Assembly (NCBI GenBank): GCA_023515725.1
Contig: JALDTO010000251.1
Location: 839,505 to 903,504 of the forward strand
Reading direction: 5' to 3'
Source: Amoeboaphelidium protococcarum X5
Lineage: Eukaryota > Fungi > Aphelidiomycota
Length of the DNA: 64,000 nt
Shown: piece after piece, positions 38,549 to 55,768 of the stretch
How the letters are laid out: each line of letters begins with the position of its first letter
How positions within the stretch are numbered: position 1 is the stretch's first letter
Made by a program: the position numbers and the translations under genes
The notes under the pieces: model-generated
Databases searched by the model: none
Told to the model about the DNA's origin: nothing
Seen by the model: the letters and a program-made list of their open reading frames with translations, nothing else

Positions 38549-39097
38549 GTATACACGGATTATTAACATATCTCTTACTATATTCGCAGTCATTAGTTTA
38601 CTTTTTGGTTTTGAAAATCAGCAACAAAATTTGCTTGATACCTATTTATTTATCTCTTCTTGAGATTGATGTAGTAACAATCTGAAATACATAAAGTTGC
38701 ATAGTAAAAGCGAAGTGTGTGAATTCCGGCTATTTACTTGTCGGCTTACGTTGTATGCAATGTACTTGACTCGATACGCCTTATATCATTGCTTGCCGCT
38801 GGTTTTGCCTACGCCTATGACTTTGATTCAAGATAAAGCCATGCGTAATTCTTATTCTTACACTAACCGGAAGTACGTACGTATATATTCCCAATTTAAC
38901 TTACGGTTACAGTAGTATAGAATACAAGTGTAACACGAGTGACCACTATGTTACCATGTTGTTTGAAGATCAAGATGTTCCTGATGTTAAACGTGCAAGA
39001 TCGACCTATACAAAAGTTTATTCGGTGACTTTTTTACTTTTATTTTACTCATTCAGAGCAAATTTAATTTTACGCATCTTAATAGATAATAGACGCA

Positions 39098-40306
39098 ATG
39101 AGTAAAGCTTATTCATTTTCTTTCATGTGGTTGATCTTTTGGTAGAACTGCTTGAATCCTACCATACACGCGATGCGCATGGGTGCTTTCATGAATTCTG
39201 CTCATCAACATCTAGCTAATGGCGGTGATGCAATGCACGGGCACGGTGGTGCAGCTTAGTTTGACAAGATAATGAGTGATATGACGGGTGGTGATCACGG
39301 ACTGCTGTCGGCCATAAAGCAAATTGCTACTTACACTATGAAACAAACACCTTTTAGTCTAGATGATCCTATACAGTATCTGATTAAGAAAGCTCCCCAG
39401 ATGGCGTAGTAATCCACCGCTATGGTGAACAAGATGAAACAAGGACTGGACTTGCAGCAGATGCCATAAATGCTCACGTAATTCATGCGCAAAACTACTG
39501 GCAATTCACAGTAAGGGCAGGAAGTTCTCTAAATACTGAAGATGCAAGAACAAGATCCTCATGCTGGAGCAAAACAAATGGTTTAGTTTATGAGTGATTA
39601 AGGAGGTTTCATGCGGGGATGCCTCCAACAGAGTCGCAAGCTGATGGCATTCGTGTAAGTGTCTGAGGAAGACAGCAAGTACTATCTTAAACATCCATGG
39701 AAGCATCCTGATATGAAGATCTAAGTAATGTTTGTGATCACGATAGTCTTGGTTTCACTCTGGGTTGCATCTCTGTTTGCCACCTGCATAACGCGCAGCA
39801 AGGTTAAATAAGGTCTTTTGGTAGCGTTTCGTCTGATATCTTCGGCATTTTGCATTGCGTTTTTTGTGATAATGATGGTCCTATTGGGAATGTCAATTGG
39901 CGGTGCAAGCCGTGACGTAATTTTTGGTATCATGACCTCTGTTGGCGTCTGCATGTTTGGAATTAGCGTGATGTTTGAAAGCTGCTTCACCACGAAAGTA
40001 AATAGTCGTCCTGAAGTGGAACTAGTTGCAGTGGCTGTTGCAAGTACAGTGGAGCAGGTATAAACGTGCGGTTAGTCTCCTTCCTCAATATAACTGTCTC
40101 CGGCGGAGCAGGAAGTAGACGCGTAGGATCCCGGCTAGTCATCACATCAAGCCAATTAAAAATAGCCCTGGCCATTGAGCAGAGAAGAATGGAAGCCAGA
40201 CGATCAGCAGCTCGATTAAGAATCGGGCAAATAATCTCGCTATTAATTTCCACAAGCTGTGGCCTTTCCGGATCCTAGTTTTGACAAGTTTCCCGGCAAA
40301 AAGTGA
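39098..40306 (+). CDS. Hypothetical membrane protein (signal-like N-terminus, Met/Gln-rich domain, about 3 TM helices), 402 aa
   Basis: Long ATG..TGA ORF in code 6 with three hydrophobic segments at about 39725-39985; no recognised family. Confidence 0.65.
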
Positions 40307-40541
40307 CGCGTTATAACGTTAGAAAGAGTTTGAAGTATCTGCTAGATGGTCTTGACCACTTTAAAAGGTTTTGAAGCTTGAGGTGTGTGTGCCAGCGGTT
40401 GATGAAGGGTGGGTCCGTGCCGCTGGTGACACGTTAGTCTGATGGTAGTTTTTAAGAATTTGAGTGATAAAATAGAATATAATATTATTTAGAATCATTT
40501 AACAATTATTATATATTCATAACAGACTTGTGTGTGACAAT

Positions 40542-41429
40542 TCACAGTTTAAAAAAATCAGCGTCTAATGCTTCTTGAGCAGATATCCTTTTAAGTGGAT
40601 CCAACTGTAAAAGCCTTTCCAATAGAGATAGAGCATTAGCGTCCATACGAGGAAATACTTGCTACAGATTCTCTCGCTAGTACTGCATTAACGTCATCTC
40701 CTCAGTGTCAGATTATAGCATACTCGCCGCATTTGGCAACTTGTCATATCCGGGCCATACAGTCTGATTAGGAGAGCCTAAAATTTAAAATATTTTATGA
40801 AGCTAATCATTCACAGAAGTTCCGGGAAAGACGGGCCTATTATTCACCATCTCGCCCATAATACATCCGATAGACCATATATCGATAGATGTGTCATACG
40901 ACTTGTTACCTAAGAGAACATCGGGCGCTCGATACCAAAGAGTCACCACTTCATTACTGTATGATCGCACAGGGACTCCGAATGCTCGACTAAGACCAAA
41001 ATCTGCCAGCTTAAGCTCCAACTTTTTGCTGATCAACAGATTCTACGGCTTGAGATCTCGATGGAGAATTCGCTTCTGATGACAATACGCGATTCCTTGC
41101 AAGATTTACTGCATCAATATCCTCACTGTGGTCATATCCAGTTCGCTGTGACTGTCGCAATACTTTTTCAAGTCAGAGTCGAGATACTCAAATACCAGGG
41201 TCAACTTCTTCTCTGTATGCAGAACATCCATTAGGCGCACTATATTGGGATGTCTCAATTCTTTCAGCAGAGCAATTTCTCTTATCGCAGTACATGGAAT
41301 TCCCTCCTCTTCATTATCTAGTCGAATTCTTTTCAATGCCACAATCTCTTATGTTATTCTATTCTATGCCTTGTACACCACGCCATACGTACCCTCTCCC
41401 AGTTTTTCCACTTTCTGATACTTTTCCAT
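40542..41429 (-). CDS. CDK5: Cyclin-dependent kinase, CDK5-like with PCTAIRE helix, 295 aa
   Basis: [21 protein letters not shown]; [12 protein letters not shown]; HRDLKPQNLLI; [31 protein letters not shown]. Confidence 0.9.
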
Positions 41430-41788
41430 CTATAATAATTATTTCGCTGGTTAAATTAATTTTGATAACTTAGCGCGTTCAATGATAATTTTAATTTGAA
41501 AAATCTCGAAGAGAGAGCTTTGTCGCGTCAAACACGATCTGCTGACATTTTGTTCAGCTTTACGGGGCGAGAGAGACATACAGACGTTCCAGAGAAAGTA
41601 CCGCGCGTTACTTCTCCGCACGGCCTCTCGTCGTCGCGTTCGTTTATGTTGAATTGGGACTTTGCTCTCATTATTGTATTGTCGCGGGTCTTTATTACTT
41701 GGTTTGGATCCTATTTTAATTTCACTCTTCATTATTCTAAACTATCCAAGTGTTTATTCATTAATTCTTATTCAAGCATAATAGAGAG

Positions 41789-43894
41789 ATGATGAAGACT
41801 GTGACTCCGGAAAAGAAGAATCAACTTTTGGCTAATGCAAGGTAAAAGTTGTAACAGCGCAATGAGTCGAGACTGAAGAATGTAAGTGCTGGTAGTAGCG
41901 ATCAAGAGATGGGAGGTTATGGCGGTAGTAGTGGTGGTAATGATGATAAGAGTTCAGTGTATTCTAATTCTTCTGCTGCTACGCCTAAACTAGTACCAGC
42001 GTCTCCTTAGACAAATGCGATACATCCCGCTACTAATGGGAGTTCTTAATAAGAAGCGATTACAATGAAGCCAGTAAAAGTAGAAGATAATGGAATTCGA
42101 GTACCATCTCCTCCTAGTATAAGTCCTTCATAGTCTGCACTAATGTCCCCGTTGGTTCAGAAGCGTATAAGGAAACCGTCTGTGGATTAACAGCTGTACT
42201 CATTATCCTCGTATAAGTCGCCAGGCAATAGTAACGGCGATGATGACGAGTATTTTCAACTATCTTAAAAGTATTCACAGCTGCAGAAATCCAATCTCGC
42301 CCTTTTACAACGTGTCAACTCTATCGAAAGGCTATCTGGTATTGAGGAGGATTGCGAATAGTTGAAGGCTGACTATCAAGATCTGTAGGAGAAGATGATT
42401 GAGCGGGAACTTGAGGTGGTTAGATTGGCATCGGAGTTAAAGTCCAAGTAGCAGTATGATGGTTAAGAAGTTACGAAATGGAAACAGGCTGCCGAGTAAT
42501 CGTCTAATCAATTAATTGCTAAAAGTCTAGAATTGGAAAAAGCCACTAGGTAGCTTCAAGAACTATAATTGAAGTTTGACAATATGGTCCAGAGTTAGGA
42601 TAAGAAGACTCCAACTAAAGGCCAAGTAGATATCGGTTAATAAACGGAAGATTCCTCAACAGATGTCTTATAGACTAAGGAGAATGAGAATTTATAGAAG
42701 GAGTTGGATTCTATTAATGCTAAATGTGCTCACTTACTAGAAGAGAATGTCTATCTGAATGATCAAATTGAGGAGCTGCGATAAAAAATTCATGATGTTA
42801 TGGATGAAAAGGTGGAGTTGACTGATCGGTAGTAGACACTTTAAAAGTAGTATGATTTGAGTAAACAGGATAATGCATAGTTGAAAAATCAAGTCAAGTC
42901 TCTTGAAGATTAGCTGAATGTTTAAAAGTCTGTTGCCACAAAAGAGAATGGTGTAAATAATACCTAAATATCAACTCAGTAATATGAAGAGCTTTAAAAT
43001 GAACGCAATGAATTACTGGCAGTTTTGAGAAAGGCATAGAAGAGGAATAGTGATGATTTTGTGACTATTGATCAGCTAAATCACTTGGTTGAGTAGCTTT
43101 AGATGGAGCTGGCTGTAATCCCTGACTATATTCAGCGGTATCGAGATGAGAGACATGCATTGAAGTTTAGAATGAGGATTAAGGATCAATTGATTTGGAA
43201 TGTGGTGCAAGAGTTGTATAAGGCGTAAAATGTGCTCAGTCATAAGACTCTGGACACATCCAAGATTGATCAATGGATGCTGGAGATTGCACAGATCGTT
43301 AGTAATTGTAAATCCTTGATTGACACCAAAGAGTTGCTTCCATTTGTTGACGAGAATCCAGCGTCTAATACTCGAGATATCAACATCATCCGCCAGTACG
43401 GAGAGGATGAGACTGAGGGTGATGGTAGCTAAAAGAATGTTGAAAATGAAGTTTCGCCTGACTAATCCGTGTAAGATTAGGCGGAAAGGCCTTATGATGA
43501 TTAAGACTTACTTCCGGAATAGATTGAAAGTTCACCTGACATTAAAGTGACAGAAGATGCTGGTGATGATAGAAGTGGATCAATCACTCCTCGTAAAAAT
43601 CTTCAGGAAGCGCCTATTGAGCACGAAGACGCGACCGCACTAACGGGTGCGCTGGTTTAGTCGCCCAACGGCTCTATTAATCATGATCATAATGTGCATA
43701 ACCAAGTCACGGAGGAAGAGCATAATCATGATCATAATCATCATCTCAAACTTGATATGGATGCTCTAAAGCAGCATGGCTCTTAGTACGATGACAATCA
43801 TGATAGACTACTCAGTCTTACGTCTGCTATATCTGTTCAACTACCTGGCTAGTTGTAATGCCCCAGCTGTAAAGGTGCCGCCATCAATATTTGA
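41789..43894 (+). CDS. GM130/GOLGA2-like golgin, 701 aa
   Basis: N-terminal KNQLLANARQKLQ; long coiled coil; IPDYIQRYRDERHALK; C-terminal CPSCKGAAINI* typical of GM130-like tails. Confidence 0.65.
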
Positions 43895-44000
43895 ATATTA
43901 ATTATTGTGTAAATACAAGAATTCAATAAAAATAGTTAACTTTAATGCGATTCTCATATAATCTCATCAAATTTGAGATGGGTTGTATCTTCAAAATTCA

Positions 44001-44945
44001 TCAGAAATTATATGGAGGTAGAGCAAGAGTACACCCCATCAGCAGAATCATGCATAGAATACTTTTAAGGTAAACCTCACGCGACCTCTGAGCGTGACTC
44101 TTCATCACACAGGCTTCAAACACCTGCTTAGCTTCAGATTATGGATCATCACTGTACCGCGTTAAACTATTTCTTCCCAACACCACGCAAAACCTGCTTC
44201 TCCACTGCCAGAATGTGGTAAATACAAGAAAGCAGATGGGCAGCAAGCCCAGTCTAGCAAGAGACGGCTAGCTAAACCCAATTAGAAGCGCATTACTTGC
44301 AGTATATACAGTTGCAAAAGTCAAAAAGTTGTTGCGACGCCATATGGCCTCCCTCTCACCAATGTTTGTGTTGGACGCGTACTTTACAAATCGTGGAATA
44401 GCGTTAGTCTCAATATTGAACAGTACTTCCTTAATGCACTGCGCAAACAGTTGTAGCGGAGGTGCATTAGACGGCGCTTATAAGACGGCATTTCTCGTGA
44501 CACTGTTTATGTTGAGCTCAAATTTAGATCCCGGTGCAATGTATGCATCAATGATATTCTAATTCGCTTTACAAACTAAACTTTCAAATTGATCCATATT
44601 GCAGTTTTCAATTTTACTTCCATTATTATATTAACTAGAAGCATATCCAATGATCCCATCTTTAGATATTAGTTTCAAGGCCCGATACTCTTGAGGATCA
44701 ATAAAAACGGATTTACGTTCATCATTTAATCCGCTGATCATTGAGTAAAACCATGTGCACTCTGAACTCTTCACAATCTCGCGCATGAAATCAAGATTTT
44801 CAACGTCATGGGTAATGTCAGACATGTAGATACGCAACTCATCAACTGTCAGAGGGAAGCTTGTCTCACCGGCTAGGATTGCTCGAAGGTTAATCTTTTT
44901 ATCTCCGACTATTGTTTAACCACCTTTCAAACCCAATGTCGGCAT
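44001..44945 (-). CDS. RGS-domain membrane protein (Rax1-like), 314 aa
   Basis: LRAILAGETSFPLTVDELRIYM...VENLDF; IIDAYIAPGSKFELNI; PLQLF...EVLFNIETNAIPRF; C-terminal hydrophobic segments. Confidence 0.75.
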
Positions 44946-45167
44946 TGCGTGTTGGCTTAGAATCCTATAATTATGTCTTGTATGGCGGATTTAACTTTTA
45001 AATTAGAAGAGAGAAAAGGTTATTAATGAGAGTCAATATATGACGTTGTTATAGATTCTAAAGTGCTATATTTAGTGCAACCTCTTCGAGCAATCTGCCT
45101 ACTTGAAGTGCAATAACATGAAGTACAGTACATGGCGATAGTAAACGGATAATGATTCTCGGTTGCT

Positions 45168-45481
45168 GATTAATAACGGTATAATTACAAAACTTGATCT
45201 GTATTTATAAAGCAGTCTATAACAGAGTATAAAAAACCGCGATATTCGCCATCTGATTCGAAGTGGCCAACGACCAGCTGACTGAACACTTGTGCAACCG
45301 AGCCTTTTCCGAGTGCTATAAGCTAAGATAATAATAATCATAATATATATAAAAATCATTGGGCCTATATATACATACAACTAGAAAAAGAATAACAGTG
45401 AATAAAATATATACAGTATCTTGAAACGATCGATCAAGGGGCCGATATAGGAACGACCCAAATTGCCGTTGCCTTGTCTTT
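45168..45481. repeat. Direct repeat A (pairs with 46788-47121)
   Basis: Three conserved blocks; the last 60 bp (45422-45481) are identical to 47062-47121. Confidence 0.85.
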
Positions 45482-45520
45482 AGTGGAAGAGATGAATTAT
45501 TAAATTTAAACTTTCTAACA

Positions 45521-46570
45521 ATGAAGTCTTTTGTTTTAGTCAAAAACTGTTCGGATTTTGAAAGAGCTCTGGAATTAAAAGATTTACCAGATTTAACAGC
45601 TGAGAAAGAAGGCGATGTTGTAGTGGAAGTTGAAGCGTTCGGGATCAATTATGCAGACATCCTGGCTTGCAAAGGTCTCTATCATGATTGTCCGCCTCTA
45701 CCATGCACGATTGGGTACGAAGTAGTTGGAAAAGTTAAAGAAATCAACGTGTCCAGCGATAATAGCTCACCTTTTAAAGTTGGAGATAGAGTCGCTGCAT
45801 TCTGTCATTTCGGAGGTTATGCGAGCCAAGCTCTGTCTGGTGTAGATTTCTGTATCAAGATTGAAGAAGATACAGACGCGGGTGCTGCATTAGCTCTGAT
45901 GGTTTAATATTCAACTGCATGGTATTGTGCTTGTCGCGCAACTACAATTGCTCCTGGTGATCACGTTCTAATTCAAGCAGCCGCCGGCGGTGTTGGGACC
46001 GCGCTGGCTCAGATTGCCAAGAGTCGTGGTGCTACTGTTTATGGAACAGCGAGCAATCCATCTAAATTAGAGTACATGCGCGACACTCTCAATATTGACC
46101 ATCCTATCAATTACAAAGATCAAGATTTTGTGGAAGTGATCAAGGAGACGACCGAAGGGAAGGGGGTTGACGTTGTATTTGATTCATTAGGCGGATCCGT
46201 CTATTCTCGTTCTATGAAACTGTTGAAAGAGGGAGGAATCATGGTAAATTATGGCGTGGCGAGTGCGACGCACGTGTCTCAGAAGTATGGTGGTGTAATA
46301 GGTGGTATTAACATGCTCTTTTCAATGGGATTCAATCCATCGATTTTGCTTTTGTTATACTCTCGTGGAGTTATTGGTGTGAATATGCTCACAATCGCTT
46401 AAAAACGTCCGCATTTAATGAAACTGATTCTCAAAGAAGTTTTTGATGCGTATAAAAATGGAACATTAAAGCCATATGTGGACAAAATTTATCCGTCCAC
46501 CTAAATTGTTGACGCGTTGAAGCATGTGGACAGTCGTAAATCTATGGGTAAGGTCATTGTTCGTTGGTGA
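45521..46570 (+). CDS. VAT1-like NADPH quinone oxidoreductase (MDR superfamily), 349 aa
   Basis: VEVEAFGINYADI..CKGLY..CPPLP..IGYEVVG; FGGYA; VLIQAAAGGVG; GVDVVFDSLGG; RKSMGKVIV; three TAA read as Gln. Confidence 0.9.
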
Positions 46571-46787
46571 TATTATGAACCTAAAATTGCGTCAAGTGTC
46601 AATCAGCTGAAATTGCTCCCCATAATTTATCTATTTTCATCAAGTTTAATCGGAAATCAGCCCATAAAGGCGGTCGTAAAAGTTACAATCTCTTAATGAA
46701 ACAAAACTCCTTACGATTAAATTACTGCTAGAGGAAGTCATATTCAACATTATCCAATTATAAGAAATGTGAATCTTTCCATTTGTC

Positions 46788-47121
46788 GATCAATATCGGT
46801 ATTGTGACAAAACTTGATCCGTATTTACAAAGCAGTCTATAACAGAGTCCACTGACTGCCAAAGTCGAATCAAAGTGGGTCAACGACAAGCTGACTGAAC
46901 ACTTGTGCAACCAAGCCTTTCCCGACTGCTGTAAGGTAAGAGAATAATAATCATACGATGATATTAAAGCCTCGAACCATTACACGCTTTCAACCAGAAG
47001 GCCATAACAACGAGTATAATGAGTGTGTGTGGTATATACACAAAATTTCAATGTACATCAATGAAACGATCGATCAAGGGGCCGATATAGGAACGACCCA
47101 AATTGCCGTTGCCTTGTCTTT
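46788..47121. repeat. Direct repeat B (pairs with 45168-45481)
   Basis: Same three blocks as repeat A; followed by a GCCTTCGGC hairpin and (GAGC)3. Confidence 0.85.
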
Positions 47122-47564
47122 GCGCCTTCGGCTAAGAAACTACGAGCGAGCGAGCGTGCCAAGACTCATCAAACAGTCAATATAACTGTGAGAAATAATG
47201 AGCTTCGCATGCTTCAACCTGACTCAATACTACTACGATATGGCCTATTATATTCTCTTTATACAGTGGCTGCATTTTGAAATGCGCTAAATATAAATTG
47301 GCATTCTAGATTCCAATTCGGGATCTGGCCAATCCGGCTCGGTCTTTTGTTGTTGACCGATCAGCTATTTGCTCAGATCGCTTTCATCGTTTTCTCTCTG
47401 TCACTCAGTCACTCTCTTCCCGACAGCAATCATCCGATCTTTTCGCAAAGTCATTCTATCGACAGGATTATTCATCTTCTGCACATCCATTCCTTCTCGA
47501 TCGGTTATTCTCTCATCATACCATAACTTTGGTGCCTATCACTTATTCACACACTGCTGGAAGG

Positions 47565-49595
47565 ATGATGAAATTGGAAAGCGATTATATATCTGTAGAA
47601 TCAGATTTGAAGAATTCAAGAGCCTCCTCTCCTGTCAATGTGATGGCCGCTGCTGCTTCAGTCACTGCTGTCGTTGCTGAGGAGGTAGTCTCCGCCGAAT
47701 TTGCCACTTCTCTATTGTCATCATCGTCTATAATTGTGCAGGATTTGCTGGATTCCGATTGTGATAAAAAGACTGCTACTCAATAAAAATATCCGCAGTC
47801 TGATTTTGGTGCTGGTGGTGTTTGCTCAGAAGACTTTTTTCTGGTTTCCAACTAGAGTTGTCGCTCAGAGTTTGGCTTTCCTCTAGTACTTCCTATGCCG
47901 CCAAAGTGTGTCCCAAATTTCTGCAGTGAAGCAGATGAAGGTGTAAATAAAGACTAGAATGTCTCATCATCATTGCCAGAGTTTGTTGATGGTGTGTCTC
48001 CACCTAGTTGCAACAAAACGTCACAAATGCGGGCGGCCAGTGATTTGTTTGAAGACTCTTTCTCACGCGGTTGTGAAAACAACGGCCTGGTTGATGTTGA
48101 TCATGACGATGATGCTGATAACACACACTGTGATGATGCAACCGACACTTCTCCTGCCGAGCTGTCTGATTCAACATCTTCTGGCTGCATCGACTATGGA
48201 TTTTGCTGGAGCGTTGCTACGCAGAAAGGTTACAAGTATCCTGGTTCATCTGGTTATGGTGCTGGTAAAGTTGATATTCACGCTGATATGGAGGATTGTC
48301 ATTTTCCATCGTCTTCTGAGAATCCAAACTTTGTGCATGAGATCAGCGGTCGCCCGTTTTAATTGTTCATGGTTGCTGACGGTCATGGTGGTGCTAATTG
48401 CGCTAGACATGCTGTGAAGTTGATGCCTCAGATGATAATTAGTTTGGTAAACAGTCGAGTATGGAACTTTTATGACTTGGACCATTAAAAGCAATTTAGA
48501 GAATGTGTATAGTAGTTGTTTCTTGATGTCGATAAGTCTTACTGTGATAAGAAGCTGGAAGAATACCGCCAATGGATTTTGGCTTGTGGAGGAGACTTGT
48601 CTTAAAGTCCATCTCTGAAGCCGCCATATAAAACCAAACGCCCTAATGATGATGGGTGCACATTAATTGTCAACCTGCTGTACAATGGCTTCTTGGTAAA
48701 TTGTAATGTAGGGGACTCAAGAACACTTATGCTTTAAAAGCAAGCACAGAGTCTAGGTGACTGTGAGGAAGATCTCTTTGACTCTTCAGCATACTGGAAG
48801 GAATGTTTCGCTTCCAGAGATCATACTCCTAGTTAGCTGGAGAAAGCGATTAAAATTTATGAAAATGGTGGCCGCTTTATTTATGCTGGGCGCGATTAGT
48901 GTGTGGCTAATGCCATTTTGGACAGTATCGATTTCTAGGAGACGCACGTTGGTATGCTTGAAGGATGCCGCATTGCAAGAGCTCCTGGCTGGAAGATTGA
49001 CGAGCTAAATTTCCCGGCTTGCACCACCTTGAATTTGGCTGGCACAATGGGTGATTTATTCTTCAAGTACGAACCTGCTCTGCTCGACTGCAAGCCAGAT
49101 GTGTCATTTGTTCAATTGAAACCGAATCAGAACAAGTATCTGATGGTCATGGCTAGTGACGGACTATGGGATCACCTGTCTCATCAAGATCCTGCTATCT
49201 AGCATTCGATGTTGTCCAAGTTTGTGGAAGATACTATGGAACATGCTGATCCCGATTGTTTTAAGTTAATTAACGGCGAGTCTCTGGTTGATCACCAGTC
49301 TGATACAAATGCATACCACGAGGGTGAAGATGGATCTGCAGCCTCTCACTAAATGGATGTTGACTAATCTATTGATGAGAGACACCGCGCTGAGGATAAA
49401 TTGAGATATTCTAAGGAGATTTAGAGAAAGCTGTAGAAAGTCTGCATTCTCGCCCATGGTCTGGCTGATCGTGAGATGGTCAGCTGCTCTTCTTAGTTGT
49501 ACGCTCGCGGTTATGTCCGATACGATGATGTTACAGTATTCGTGGTTCTGATTGAGGGCGTCGATGAATCCACTGATGCTCAAAAGTTGTCATGA
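47565..49595 (+). CDS. Protein phosphatase 2C family protein with long N-terminal extension, 676 aa
   Basis: DMEDCH; MVADGHGG; DDGCTL; CNVGDSR; ASRDH; LNLAGTMGDLFFK; MASDGLWD; YDDVTVFVV. Confidence 0.88.
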
Positions 49596-49862
49596 ATTTT
49601 GAATAAATTGCTTGTACATTTAGTATCAGTGTTTTCCTTTGTAATAATTATGATTACTCGATGTATGATGTGATCAAAGCTCTGCAATGTTTCGTAGAGC
49701 AGCAGAGTTTCCTGTTTCAGTGCGATAATACGCCCGACGCGCGTTTCAGCTAAGGACCGTTTCACTTATCTCTCTACCTTCTTCATATGGCTCTTTCTTC
49801 TTATGGTTTAGTTCACTGTATCGTCAATTTCTACTGATTATTTCAAACCTTAAAAACTTAAG

Positions 49863-53850
<3,988 letters not shown>

Positions 53851-54047
53851 TTGAGTGACATCGTGATGTTTGATCTACCAATGAGAGGGCTAGATTCGGT
53901 CCGCGTTGTAAATTATAGCCTAGTGTTGCATTATTCCGCTCAAAAACACTTTATTCACTTTCTCTTTATCTGTCTTACTATTATTGCTTTTATTGAATTG
54001 GTTATTAATTTTTAGAAAACTTATTAGAGCGACTTTATTATATCGCG

Positions 54048-55340
54048 ATGTGGATTCAGTTGAAACAGATTTTTGTGTGGATGGCAGTGATGTCCCCTCT
54101 CCTGATTGTCGCGTAAAATTAGCGCCAGCCTACACCAAACACTAATGATAGAAATGGTGCCAATAATAATTAGAGAACTCCTTCTCCTCCACCGCCAAAT
54201 ACTGTTGACAACAATAGACGGACAACATAAGATGATAGAAGAGTAATAACGAATTAGGAGCCTCAACCACCGTCGCCACCTGGAAATCCCGCGTCCGCGG
54301 ATAGCAATAGACAAGGCGGCTCTGGTAATTCTAATAATGGTAACGGTTAGCCTGGGGGATAAGTTGGAACTGGAGTATCCACTGGCGCGGCGCCTTAGAT
54401 ACCTCCACCTCCAGCTGTATCAGGCAATGGAAGTAACAATGCTCCTCAGCCCGGTGATCAATCTGCATCAAATCCCACTGCTGAAACAACTTCAACGCCA
54501 GCTGCACGAGAGGCTCTTGCCCCGAGTCCTACTATCTAGAGCTCGACAGCATCGACGCAATCTTCGTCGACAGAGCTGTCTACACCCACTGCTACTCCTC
54601 TGCCTCGAGCTGGTCATGGGAAAGATTTTGAGCCTGTCATTCCCGAGAAAAACGAGGGTAATTCTGTTCAAGAGTTATATGCTAGAGGCGCGTTTCCCTT
54701 CAATGCTGGTGGTATTGCAATGTTTTCAGCTATTGGAACGTTCATATTGCTGGCAATAGTATTCGCTGTTGCAAGATACCGCCAAGTTATGGCGGACAAG
54801 GATGATGACGATTATGATGCTGAACTAAAGAGTCTGCCATATAATCACCATGGTTCTAACTTGAAACCACGGTATGAGGCGCAATACTCAGTATCGCCGA
54901 TTCTCACAGCCTCCACCTATGCAGATCATCTTCCAACTCCTCCGTAATTCCGTCAGAATTTACCTCATGATGTGCTTCCCGCTCCACCAATAGCATTGAG
55001 TCGGCAATAAAATAGGCCACTATCTGCAGTGCTTGAAGTGGAAGAAGAAACCGTTGCAGCTGTTCCATTTGCGGCTCAAAATCACGACATGGTCGATCGC
55101 CTATACTCTTAGAATAGTCACGATGATAAACAATCCTCTATTGGTGACGATGACATGGACTTGGTTTGGAATGACTTTAATAAGACATACAAGACATTCG
55201 GCAGTGAAGTAGTAAATCAAGACAAGTTGGCCCCGGAAATCGCAGCCAGAAATGCTAATCATTTCTCCATTTATAGTACGCTTAAAGATGAGCGATTGCC
55301 CGCAGTGAATATGCGATCTCGTTATGATAATCTTGGATGA
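54048..55340 (+). CDS. Type I membrane protein with Pro/Ser/Gln-rich ectodomain, 430 aa
   Basis: Signal peptide MWIQLKQIFVWMAVMSPLLIVA; low-complexity ectodomain; TM GGIAMFSAIGTFILLAIVFAVA-RYR; cytoplasmic tail. Confidence 0.7.
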
Positions 55341-55768
55341 TGAATTAGAATATATTTTATTTTTTGTAAGTTCGAATCACTTCTTCTGTGTGTCGAAGAA
55401 CTTCTGGTTTAAGACGACATTTTATATATTCGGTACTTCAGCCAAATGATGTTCCACTTGCTGTTTCAACTGTATTTTTTGAAACGAGAAGATCACCTGT
55501 GAAACACGCGAGAGATCCCATTGTTTGTTTCTCACTGCGTTCCGTTCAAGCTTGTTTCACTTCAGCATTAGAACTAACAGTTGGTGACTTGGACATTTTG
55601 CGACAACAATCTGTGGATAGCTGTTTATTTGTAGACAATGTAAGACTATTTGATCTTGAATTAATGTATTGATAATGGAACTTACCCGAATATGGAGCGA
55701 TAGTGTAGAGTATCAATCAACATTCTGACACTACAACAACGATAGAAGGTGGTACAACAACAACAGCA

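Noticed and set aside
47062-47145. HDV-like or hammerhead ribozyme in repeat B
   Set aside because: GCCTTCGGCTAAG resembles a P4/J4-2 segment, but I could not build P1-P3 or find a CUGANGA/GAAA core by eye.
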